From Glycera tridactyla (taxonomy: Eukaryota): DNA of 64,000 nucleotides. A model generated the notes under the pieces. It did no database searches and had not been told where the DNA came from. It saw nothing but the letters and a program-made list of their open reading frames with translations. Every line of letters begins with the position of its first letter. The first letter of the stretch is position 1. The stretch covers positions 32,798,001 through 32,862,000 of the forward strand of contig OZ286462.1 in NCBI GenBank assembly GCA_965644265.1, in the 5' to 3' direction. This document shows positions 30,401 to 42,400 of this stretch, piece after piece. A program made the translations under genes and the position numbers.

Positions 30401-33400
30401 CATCAGAGTCAAATGTCACAGATCACACTGGACCGACAACAGAAGCAGTCACAGCAGGTCAGTATCGGATGACTGACTGAGAGTTTGACCCTGCTTACAA
30501 CAACAGAATGTCTCAATTCTGCACTGCAAATAATAAGACAATCATAGAGATGATCGAACTTTATTGCAGTGCACTGATCATGAGGCAGTGATAAGATCAT
30601 CCTCCTAATTCGCATGATTATACCCAATTAGACCATACATCTGACTTCCACGATTACCAAAGATGGCTTTCTCTGATATAGCATGATGAGCATTTACTCC
30701 ATATTCTGATGAAAAATATGACGTGACTATTCTTGTCATTTTCGTGACCATCTCTGACTGGCCTTCTATTAGCCTAAATGTTGTCTTCCCAACTGACTCA
30801 ATACTTTTTACCGGATATATATCAACCAAAACATATACTTCAGCAATTGGAAGTATGCTCATCATCTGCCTCACTAGGACACTTTGTTCTGATATCAGAG
30901 GAGGCTGTTTTGTTAATCTCTCTGATATCATCATATCATCACCGACATCAACATCATTTTTCCCTTGTCCATGCTGCTCACTATCAGCATACCGTCTCTT
31001 GCCATCATATCAACACCACTAACCGTCACCATATACTCATTGTAACTCTCATCCCACTTTTGGCTCTGCAAGACATGAATTGGAGAATATTGACGACACT
31101 CACTAACCAAATAACTATTTCCCTGAAGGTACTGAACTATCAGACTGTGGTCATGTCATTGATTGGCTGATTCACACTAGGAACACTGCTTCATGATCTG
31201 TTGACCAAGGTAGCATCTATGCCACATCAGACTCCTGCACTGTCAAAGATTAGTCAATAAATACAGATGCAGAAACCAATAGTCAGGCAATGAGGAAGGA
31301 CGGTCCTCTATAGTGAAAAAAAGCACACTCATTGGCAGTTGGCTATAAGGATCATTGAGTGAGTATGGATTGCAAATCACAACATGAGGATAACGTCTCT
31401 TCATTAAAGAATATGGCTCGTTCCACCAAAAGGGTCATTATCACACCAAGCCAAGTCAGTATCTCAATTCAAGGCCAGATAATGTCAAGCTCTATACTGA
31501 AGTGTACATTGTTTCAATGGCTACGATCAAATGACAGCCGAAAACACATTGCATAGGTCACATGTGCCTAAAATGCAAATTGGGTATCAGCAGAATGCAG
31601 CAACTTTACATATGGATGGAAGATGTAGGGTTTATCTGATACTATATGTCAATGGTGGATGTGGAGGAGAATAATTTTTTTTCTCCATTTATCAGATGTG
31701 AACGTCACAGATAACACAGGACCAACTACAGAGGCAGTCACAGCAGGTCAGTGTATCAGCTGATTAGCTGATAGCTTAGCCTTGCTTACATAATTGAAAC
31801 ATCTGAATCATGCATCGTCAAAGATCAGTCAAACATAGGAATGATTCAAATTCATTGCAGGGCACCAATGCCAAGACTACGATGAGATCATTTTCATAAT
31901 TTCCATGATGAGTCATGATTTGGCAATCCCTATGATTTCCAAGAATAACCAAATTAGCATGCCTATGATCATAGGTGAAACACATACATTCTGTGTTCAG
32001 GAAAAGTTCTGACAAAAGCAACTCTCATAATTTTTCCAAATAATCATGACAACCCCATTTTCGATATTTAGAATTAGTCTTCTTTCGAATTTGATGACTG
32101 CCAATGCCAATACTACTACAGATCCACCGATTTGATATACATTCCAAAATATCTCCTTGCTCGAAAAACTTTCTTCAAAATTTGAATGTCCGCCCATCAT
32201 TCTCGCCTTGATGATGCTTTGTTTTGCTTTCTCTGAATGATGACTCGTGTTATCTCGGAATCTTTATCATCATTTAAATATGCCTTCTCTCCATGCATAT
32301 TCATCACTGTTTTTATATTCACCCACTTCGCCATTACTACCAGTCATCATATACACATTGTAGTCCTTTTCCAATGTGGGTTTTCATTTCTGTGGGCCAT
32401 GAATCAGGGAAGATTGACAACATTTATCATGCTATTACTCTACAGGTTTTGATCTCTCAGGTAATATTATAGCATATACCGGTGAAATCGAAACAGGATT
32501 GAGCATTAGTCTGACATCAGCTCAGCTGCAGCAGCAATCAATCTCTGCGTTGCAATATGGCACACATGTTTTCGGCAGAATATTGAGTGAATGAGTAGGA
32601 TGTATCCACTTGAAATCACTATATTGACTCAAAAGAAGATGACACTGAGCTCTATAAATTATTGTGCTGATGACAGCCGCATGCCAGATTCTAATGAAGA
32701 ATATGCTAAGAGATGATACATGTGACATTCACATGTCAGCTAAAAACCAATTCATATTCAATGGAGTTCATGTTTACCTACATCTGAGATATCAGTGAAG
32801 GGAAGAGGATATAAAAATTGAAAACGTCAGGATATATCTCATACCCTTTTTCGAAGTTCAGTGTGAAAGAGTATGTTCTCATTTTATTCATCCATCAGAG
32901 TCAAATGTCACAGAGGACACAGGACCGACAACAGAGACAGTCACAGCAGGTCAGTATCAGATTAATGACTGATAATCTAACCCTGCTGACAGCAACATAA
33001 TATCTGAATCCCTCAGTATCGATGATAAAATAATCATAGAGATGAATAAACTTTATTGCAGTGCCCTGACGGTTAGACAATTATATGATCAAGCTTCTGA
33101 TTTCCATGATTAGCCACAGCTAGACCAACTGTCTGACTTACTTGATTAGCGAAGTAGGTCTATCTCTGGTCAAATATGATGAGCATATTCATCAGATTCT
33201 AATGAAGAACATGCTAAGAGATGATACATGTGACATTCACATGTCTGCTAAAAGCCGATTTATATTCAATGGAGTTCAGCGGTGCCTACATCTAGGATAT
33301 GAGTGATGCAAAGAGACCTGAAGAGAATGAACAGCTCAGCATAATCTCTTACCATATTTCAACGTTCAGTGTGAAAGAGTATGTTTCATTTTATTCATCC

Positions 33401-36400
33401 ATCAGAGTCAAATGTCACAGATCACACTGGACCGATAACAGAAGCAGTCACAGCAGGTCAGTATCAGATGACTGACTGAGAGTTTGACCCTGCTTACAAC
33501 AACAGAATGTCTGAATTCTGTACAGCGAATGATGAGACAATCATAGAGATGATCGAACTTTATTACAATACACCGATCATGAGGCAGTGATAAGATCATC
33601 CTCCTAATTTGCATGATTATACCCAATTGGACCATATATCTGGCTTCCAAGATTACCAAAGATGGCTTTCTCTGATATAGCATGATGAGCATTTACTTCA
33701 GATTCTGATGAAAAATATGGCGTGACTATTCTTGTCATTCTCGTGACTATCTCTGACTGGCCTTTTATTAGCCTTGTCTTCCCAACTGACTCGATATTTT
33801 TTTACGAGATGTAGCTCAACCAAAACATATACTTCAGCAATTGGAAGTATGCTCATCATCTGCCTCACTGGGACACTTTGTTCTGATATCAGATGAGGCT
33901 GTCTTGTTAATCTCTCTGATATCATCATATCATCACCGACATCAACATCATTTTCCACTTGTCCATGCTGCTCACTATCAGCATAATGTCTCTTGCCAAC
34001 ATATCAACACCACTAACCGTCACCATATACTCATTGTAACTCTCATCCCACTTTTGTCTTTGCTAGACATGAATTGGAGAATATTGATGACACTCACTAA
34101 CCAAATAACTATTTCCCTGAAGGTACTGAACTATCAGACTCTGGTCATGTCATTGACTGGCTGATTCACACTAGGAACACTGATTCATGATCTGTTGACA
34201 AAGGTAGCATCTATGCCACATCAGACTCCTGCACTGTCAAAGATTAGTCAATAAATACAGATGCAGAAACCAATAGTCAGGCAATGAGGAAGGACGGTCC
34301 TCTATAGTGAAAAAAAGGCACACTCATTGGCAGTTGGCTATAAGGATCATTGAGTGAGTATGGATTGCAAATCACAACATGAGGATAACGTCTCTTCTTG
34401 AAAGAATATGGCTCATTCCACCAAAAGGGTCATTATCACACCAAGCCAAGTCAGTATCTCAATTCAAGGCCAGATAATTCAAGGCCAGATATATAACACA
34501 TAACCTGGTTTCTCCATCAAATTATGCATTCATTCTTATTGAATCGCCTACTTCGAACTTTTGATACAATTAAAAATCTTTCTCTCAGATGTCACCATCC
34601 CTCCCTCCGTTATCACAGTGCTCCTCGTGCAAACCGGCGTAACTACGCTCGCCAAGTAAACAAACGTGTGCATGCGCAACTCGTATTTTTCCCTTTCACT
34701 TCGCAATAACGGAGGTTTTGATATTCTAATAGTGTTTTACCGAAATTAGTAGGTAAAGTCATCGCGCCCGCTTTCGAGCTTATATGTACTGTTTTATAAG
34801 CATCTTAGCTGTGTTCTGCCGCATACTGCGCTCGTGCTTTGTGTTTGCTTGTACAGATATGGTGAACTTTGTGTCGAGTTGACAGATATCGTGACCTCAG
34901 ATAAGCTTTGAAATGACCTGATCCGATTCATCCGTTCGTGGGTCTATGAATTTCATATCATTTCAGGTGATGTCTACAGAAAGTCACAATTCACTAAAAG
35001 GAGGCCTTTGCGGCCATTATCTTGCAGTATGGGACGATCATCCTGTTTGCCCCTCATGTCGTCCATATGGAGGTTCATGTGGGTGGGCTGGAGTTGATGA
35101 GGTGCTGTGCAATATTTGTACCTCATGGACTCAAGAACAGTGGAAGAAACATGTCGGTAGAAGGACTTATAAGTCAAAGTTCAAACCCAAAGCTGAGACT
35201 AAAGTTTCTGAGTCTTCTAGGTGCTCCACAGCTCGTCCCCAAGCTGAGTCTAGTACGCTTGCTAGAACTAGGGTTACTAGACCAGCTTCAGTGACTAGGG
35301 AGGTAGTAGGTCCCGAATCTTGGAAGAGATTGTCTAAGACCAAACAGATGTCCGGTGAAGTGGAGACCTCTTCTTCCCCAGTTTCACATAGTCTTCCGTC
35401 TGTCTGTCCAGTTGAGAGTCCGGTAAAGAGGGACCGCGGTCAGACCGAAAGGAGTGAGACTTCAATTAGTAAGAGTGTCCGGTCGATGGAAGGTCCTAAG
35501 AGAGTTATCTTGTCCGGACATTCTCAGAAGTCCACGCATTCTAGAAGTAGTGCGTTGGGTGTGTCGGGTGTGTCGGGTGTGTCCAGTACTCCCGGTGTGT
35601 CTGGCATGCCTGGTAGGTCTGGTGTGGCTGGTATGTCCGGTGTGTCTGGCTTGTCTGGTATGTCCGGTATGTCTGGTGTGTCCGGTATGTCAGGAATGTC
35701 CGTTGGGTCCGGTGTGTCCAGTGGGTCCGGCAGATCCGGTAAACTTCAAGGGGCCGGTACTACTGAGCTCCATACTGGAACTAAGTAGACGAGGGATTGG
35801 TCGGTTGATACTGGGTAGGCAGAATCATCCAGTAACTCAGAGAAATCTTTTAGAGCAGTAATCCAGCCTGAGACTCATGCTACTAAGTCTGGTGGTGATT
35901 CAGTCAAATCTAGTAGAATTGGAGTTTCTGGTGGTCATGCGAGCTCGCATGAATCGCAAAATATACCAGTGGATAAGGTGGATTCGCACAGAGATAGTTC
36001 TCTGGCAAAGTCAACAGGTCTTCTGCATCTGGTGCTAAGTCTGATATTAGACCTTCTGTCTTGAATAAGTCTGGTACAGGTTTGGTCCTATCTGGCAGTC
36101 CAGTAGAGTCAGATATTCCGACTCACTTCGAGGGTCAGGTCAGTTTGTCAAGTGCCTCGGAAGTGTCAGTTCAGATATCTGATTTATCAGTGAATCTACC
36201 TGGTAAGGTTAGAGAGTCTGACAGTGTGAAGATTATGGATTCTGATAGAGGTAGATCTAAGTTGAGGTCACCAGCCGTGCATAGGTCTACATCTCATGTA
36301 CATAAAGTTGAGTCCCACCCTGTACATAAATCTAGTAGGGACTCTGTTCGATCATCGAGTAAACATTCTGATATAGTTATCCGTTCATCACATGAATCTC

Positions 36401-39400
36401 CGGCTAAAGGTTCATCATCTAAGAGTCTAGGACAGTTAGTTCAGTTAGTTCTGGGAGGTCTACCTCCAAGTTGGATGATCAGGGGTTTAAGATCCCTTGT
36501 ATGTCTTCTAGCTCTTCTAAGATCAGAAATAGTAGTCTACCTCCTGAGGATGATGATAGTAAGATACAGGGAAATGGAGTGTCGGATCAACAAGCTCAGG
36601 GCTATGCCACAGCATTTCTTGTAACTTCTGCTTTATTACCAGGCCAGGAGCATATCCAGATTATTGCGGCTCCTGGATTGTCAGTGGAAGATGCAGAGTC
36701 CTTGGCGGTCCCTGGATCACACGGTATAGTTGATGCGTCACAAGCGAGAGATATCTTTGCCTCTTTTGGTAGGCAGATAGTTCGTGCTGAGGAAGCTGTG
36801 AGAGAGGGAGCTTCTCTCTCATAGAGGTTTGCAGTAAGGAAACCAGATCCGGCTAAACAGTTGATTACAGATGTAATTCATGAGTGTCTGTCAGGACCTA
36901 AACTCTCTTGGGAGTTGTTTGGTCAAGATTCAGACGAGTCGCAAGTAACCTTTCAGGTAACTTCCAATGAGGATAAGGTACAGTTGCCTGTACATAGTCA
37001 TAGTGTTTTTGTTCCAACTCAGGGTACGGTATTTCAGGTGGAATACAAACAAACAACTACTCCTTTAATGATGGATATAGAGTCTCAGGAAGTTATTTCT
37101 GATTCAGGGTCTGATCAACCAGGCTCAGTCCAGGAACCAGGTGGGGTTTCTGAGGGATCCCACAGTTTCTCCAGTTCCTTTGTTAGATCTGCAGGTTGTT
37201 TCTCCACAGCCTGATGCTTCTATTTTGGCTAAGGTAGAATCTCTCAGAGGGGAAGTCAGAATTCTGAGGGAAAGAGATATTAGAAAGAGGTCACATGATG
37301 AGAGTGTTTCTGTTGTGTCTGGAGAGTCAGAAGAGGAGGATAGACCTGATGTAAAGAGAAGGATGTCTTTCTTCAGAAGGTTTGCTTTGGAGACTTTGAC
37401 CAATATCATCAAAGATCCTGACCCCATTTCCAGAGAGGGCATCGGTATTTCATCAGGGAAATTTGACACTTTGTTTGCGGCTTGTGGACGAAGTAAGGAT
37501 ATTGATTTCCTTATTGATAGCTCTCTTCCAATTTCGCCTCTAGTTGGCAATGTTCAGAAGATCATGGACAGAGCTTTATATGGGAGGAAAGAGAATGAAA
37601 CTCCACAGTCTTGGGAGGTTCCGTTGGCAAAGGAGGGAGGACGGAAGCCCTTTCTAACACCTTCAAGAGCTCTCAACCGCGAATTTATGGCTGCAATTCG
37701 CGAGTTTATAAGCTCAGGCCCTCAGAGGATAGATCAAAGTTTGTAGTTACTTCACCACAAATTGATCCTGATTATTCGGAGCGTGGTAATGCATCAAAAT
37801 CTGATCTCAAGCCTAGTCAGCAGGAGGCTATTCTTAGGGATAGCCTTAAAGTGTTGTCCTATATAGATATTGCTCTCGCTACTGGTTTGACGGTAGCTGA
37901 GGGAGAGGATAAGTCTCCCGAAACTTGGGAGAAAGCTAGAGAGGCCATAGGGGAGGCCTACATGCTGTCGAACATGTAGCGATTATGGTCGGCAAGGTGG
38001 TGGGAAATTTAGAGCTAGCCAGAAGATCGGTGGCTCTAAAGTCAATGAAGTTTGACACTGATGTCAAAGCCAAATTACGGACTCTTCCGTTGGGCCAGGG
38101 ATTTCTGTTTGGGGGGGAAACTGGACGAAGCCAGTGATATAGCTGCTGAGAGGGCCCTCAAAAGAAGGAATATTGAGCTGGATTCTAGTAAGGCTAAATC
38201 TAAAGAGTCTAAGCCTTACAATTCCTCTATGTCTTCAACAAACTGGTGTGGAATGAAGAAGAAGAGAGGCTCTGGTGGAATGGGCCATGGTAGGCGTAGG
38301 GGTCAGAATGTGAACCAAGAGGCAGATCATCAGCCACAAATTCAGGTGACTGTTCCTGGTAAAGCAGCTCCTGAAGATTCTGGCAAGAGATTCTTCAAGA
38401 AGAAGGGTCGCGAAAGAGCTTCTCAGCTCTATGGGGACGCGCATCACTCCTGCAATGATTGTGGGAGCGAGGTTGTCTGCATTTGCAGGAGAATGACAGA
38501 ATCTAACGACAAACAGATTTATCTTGAACATTGTTAGATCAGGCCTGTCTTGGGTTTTCAAGGAGAATCCAATATTATCTCCAACTTGGCATCCCTCTGC
38601 TCTTTCGAAGAAGGGCCATTTGAAGAGGGAGGGTGTGCTGGAAGAGGTTCAATGTATGCTAGACAAGGTGGCGATTGTTCCTATTTATCAGGACGGGTCG
38701 GCAAGGTTTTACAGCAGGACATTTCTGGTAACAAAGGCAACAGGGGGATATCAACCCATTATAAATTTGAAACATCTGGATCAACACATATACAATCAGA
38801 GATTGGAAATGGAGACTTCTCGGTCGATAGTGCAAGCCGTCTCTTCGGGCAATTGGACAGTATCCATCAACCTCAAGGACGCTTACATTCATGTCCCCAT
38901 CAATCCGGAGTTCCAGAAGTACCTGTGGTTTGCCCTGTCGTCCACACAGGCTTTTCAGTTCAGGGCCCTGCCGTTCAGCTTGTGCACTTCCTCTTGCATC
39001 TTTACAATGCTAGTAAGGGAAGTGGTGCAACATTTACATGCCAGAGGGATGAAGTTTCATTTTCACCTGGACGACTGGCTGCTCAGACACCAGAACCCAG
39101 AGAACTTAGCATCCCACCCTTAAGTACACTCTCGAGTTTGCATGCAAACTAGGTTGGATCATAAACGACAAGAAATCGGACTTGGTTCCCAGTCAGCATT
39201 TGTCTATCTGGGGATCGAGTTCGACACAGAATCGTTCTTGGTCTTTCCCACTCTGTCCAGAGTAGAGAGGATGGAATGTTGGGTTCGGCTATTTCGACGG
39301 GTTCTCGAGCAGCCAGCTTGTTCACTTCTGAAATTACTCAGCCATATGTCAAGTCTCTCAGACACAGTTCATCTAGGCTGATTACATATGCGCCCCATTC

Positions 39401-42400
39401 AGATGGCTCTTTTGAGCCAGTGGAAGCCATTCTCAGACCATCCAGACCAGCTAGTCAGCCTACCTGTGGAGGTCCAGACCAATTTGTTATGGTGGGCCTC
39501 CAGAGAGAATACAAGGAAAGGAGTTCCCTTATCTGTCCTGGAGCCCTCAGTCAACCTTCTGACGGATGCTTGGTTGGAAGGCTGGGGAGCTCATCTGGTG
39601 GTGGGAGACCAGAGAATTCAGATTTCTGGGATATGGTCTCAGAGTCACCGAGGTCATTCAATCAACAGTCTAGAGTTAGAGACAGTTCTTCTAGCTCTTC
39701 AAGGCTTCTCAGAACATCTCCTGGGACAAGTGGTTCTTCTTTCAGACAACGCCACCACAAAATCATGTATTCAAAATCAGGGGGGACAGATTTGAGTCTT
39801 CTATGGGGTCTGACATGGCAGATATTCTCTCTGACAGAGAGCCTCAACGTGTTACTGAGAGCTCGACATATTCCAGGAAAACACAATGTTCTGGCTGACG
39901 CATAATCTCGTCAGGAGCCAGTTCAAACAGAGTGGGAACTACTGCAATCAGTTTTCCAGGGAGTAGTAGAGCATTTCAACCTGTCTCCAACAGTCATTCT
40001 CATGGCGACTCCTCACAACAGCAAGCTTCCGGTGTTCATGTGCCCGTTTCCGGACCCATCTGCTCTCGAGGTGGACGCGCTTTCCATGTCTTGGAAGGGT
40101 CTTGGGACGGCATATGTTTACCCACCAATAGCTTTAGTGAGGGATGTGGTCAACAAACTGAGAGGACTGGAGCTGGTTCTGATTTGCATAGCTCCCTGAT
40201 GGCCAAACCAATCTTGGTTCCCAGACCTCCTGGAGTTGTCCACAGATCTTCCAGTGGAGCTGCCTCTCCCTCGGGACCTGTTAATTCAGAAGATCAGAGG
40301 AAAGGTATTCAACGACTGGAAACCCCAAGTGCTCTCTCTGCACGCTTGGTGTCTGTGTGGTCAGCCCTCAGCCGCCAGGGCTTTTCAGCAAAGGTGGTTG
40401 AGTGGATCTCTGGATCTACCAGACCATCCACTACCAAGGTCTATGATACCAGATGGTCTGGATGGTAGGCTTGGTGTTCTACCCACAGGGTGGATAAAGA
40501 GCATCCCTCTATGGCGCAGTTAGGAGATTTCTTTATTGAATCATGGGAATCTGGTCTCGCTCTTGAGACAGTAAAGGGCTACCGTTCAGCCATAGGTTCA
40601 GTTTTATCCCGTTTTGGAATTAAAATTTCGGATTCTAGTGAGATTACTGATCTTTTCAGAAAATTTTCACTTGAATGGCCTGTCACTCCTAAAGTTGTCC
40701 CTCGCCAGATAGATCGTCTCTGATTATTGAGATTCAGGCATCATCAGGAGTTCCTGATATTTCGGAAGATGATTCGAGTCTTTTTATGTAGATCATCTAC
40801 ACTTCAGCTTTAGAAGAAGATTGTTCTTCGACCCCTCTTCTATCTCTCAGAAAGAGATGAGGGCTGCTGTTCTATTCAAATGGATTATGGATGTTGTTAA
40901 GGGCGCATACCTCAGGGCTGATAGAGAGGAAGAGTTAATGGATCATATGCCTGCTCACAAACTCAGGGCTCTCTCTGCATCCTGGAAAATGTTCAATAGG
41001 TCTTGTTCTGTTGGTGATATTATGCGCTCAGCTTCCTGGCGTTCTGGACGTACATTTGAAAATTATTATTTACGGGATATGTGTGGGCAGGCTATGGATT
41101 TGTATTCACTGGGTCCTATTGTGGCTGGACAAGCAGTGGTCTCTCCGCCTGCCCTCACTGATTAGTTTTCTTTCTCTCTAACCCACCATCCGTGGTATAT
41201 GCGTATGCATAATTTGATGGAGAAACCAGTTATTTGTTAACCCCCCCAGGTTCGCTTGCTAACTTGGGAGTTAACACTTTACCTGTTTCTCCATGAAATG
41301 GTATTTTCCCTCCTATCCTCCCCTGTGTGTGTATATAGTGTATATTGTTGTTATTTACGAGTTGCGCATGCACGCGTTTGTTTGAGTGGCGAGTGTAGTT
41401 CCACCGGTTTGCACGGGGAGCGCTGTGATAACGGATGGAGGGATGGTTACATCTGAGAAAAAGATTTTTAATTGTATTAAAAGTTCGAAATGGGCGATTC
41501 AATGAGAATGAATGCATAATTTGATGGAGAAACAGGTAAATGTTAACTCCCAGGTTAGCAAGCAAACCTGGGGGGAATTAGTTAATAAATACAGATGCAG
41601 AAACCAATAGTCAGGCAATGAGGAGGGACCGTCCTCTATAGTGGGAAAAGGCACACTCATTGGAAGTTGACTATAAGGATCATTGAGTGAGTATGGATTG
41701 CAAATCACAACATGAGGATAACGACTCTTCATGAAAGAATATGGCTCGTTCCACCAAAAGGGTCATTATCACACCAAGCCAAGTCAGTATCTCAATTCGA
41801 GGCAAGATGATGTCAAGCTCTATACTGAAGTGTACATTATTTCAATGGCTACGATCAAATGTTAGCCGAAACACATTGCATAGGTCATATGTGCCTGGAA
41901 TGTAAATAGGGTATCAGCAGAATGCAGCAACTTTACATATGGATGGAAGATGTAGGGTTTATCTGATACTGTATGTCAATGGTCGATGTCGAGGAGTATA
42001 ATTTTTTCTCCATTTATCAGATGTGAATGTCACAGACGACACAGGACCAACTACAGAGGCAGTCACAGCAGGTCAGTGTATCAGCTGATCAGCTGATAGC
42101 TTAGCCTTGCTAACATAATTGAACCATCTGAATCATGCACCGTCAAAGATCAGTCAAATAATCATGACAACCTCATCTCTGATATTTGAATTAGTCTTCT
42201 TTCGGATTTGATGACTGCCAATTCAATACTACTACAGATCCACCGATTTGATATACATTCCGAAATGTCTCCTTCCTCGAAAAACTTTCTCCGAAATCTG
42301 AATGTCCGCCCATCATTCACGCCTTGATGATGCTTTATTTTGCTTTCTCTGAATGGTGACTCTTGATGTCTCGGAATCTGTATTATCATTTAAATATGCC

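Larger units (their letters stand above)
1..34478 (+). repeat. Tandem array of ~2,996-2,999 bp units (about 10 homogeneous units from ~3.6 kb, plus shorter ~2.5 kb diverged units at 1-3.6 kb)
   Basis: Same motif recurs at 4717, 7714, 10712, 13710, 16708, 19706, 22702, 25698, 28697 and 31696; the ORF track repeats with the same period. Confidence 0.98.
34493..41580 (+). mobile_element. DIRS1-type tyrosine-recombinase retrotransposon, full-length termini, degenerate coding regions
   Basis: Gag, RT, RNase H, MT and YR motifs in the canonical order; ~180-bp inverted terminal repeats, a right extension and an internal complementary region; many stops and frameshifts. Confidence 0.95.

Noticed and set aside
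380-34164. Dozens of recurring 60-130 aa ORFs on both strands (e.g. MKNDVDVGDD..., MLSSQLTQYF..., MMGGHSDFEE...)
   Set aside because: They recur only because the DNA is repeated, gain and lose stops between units and show no domain motifs; the meaningful reading is the spliced phase-1 frame.
34247-41811. The ~230-bp flanking direct repeat as a true target-site duplication
   Set aside because: Far too long, ~6% diverged, and DIRS elements do not make TSDs; reported as a rearrangement instead.
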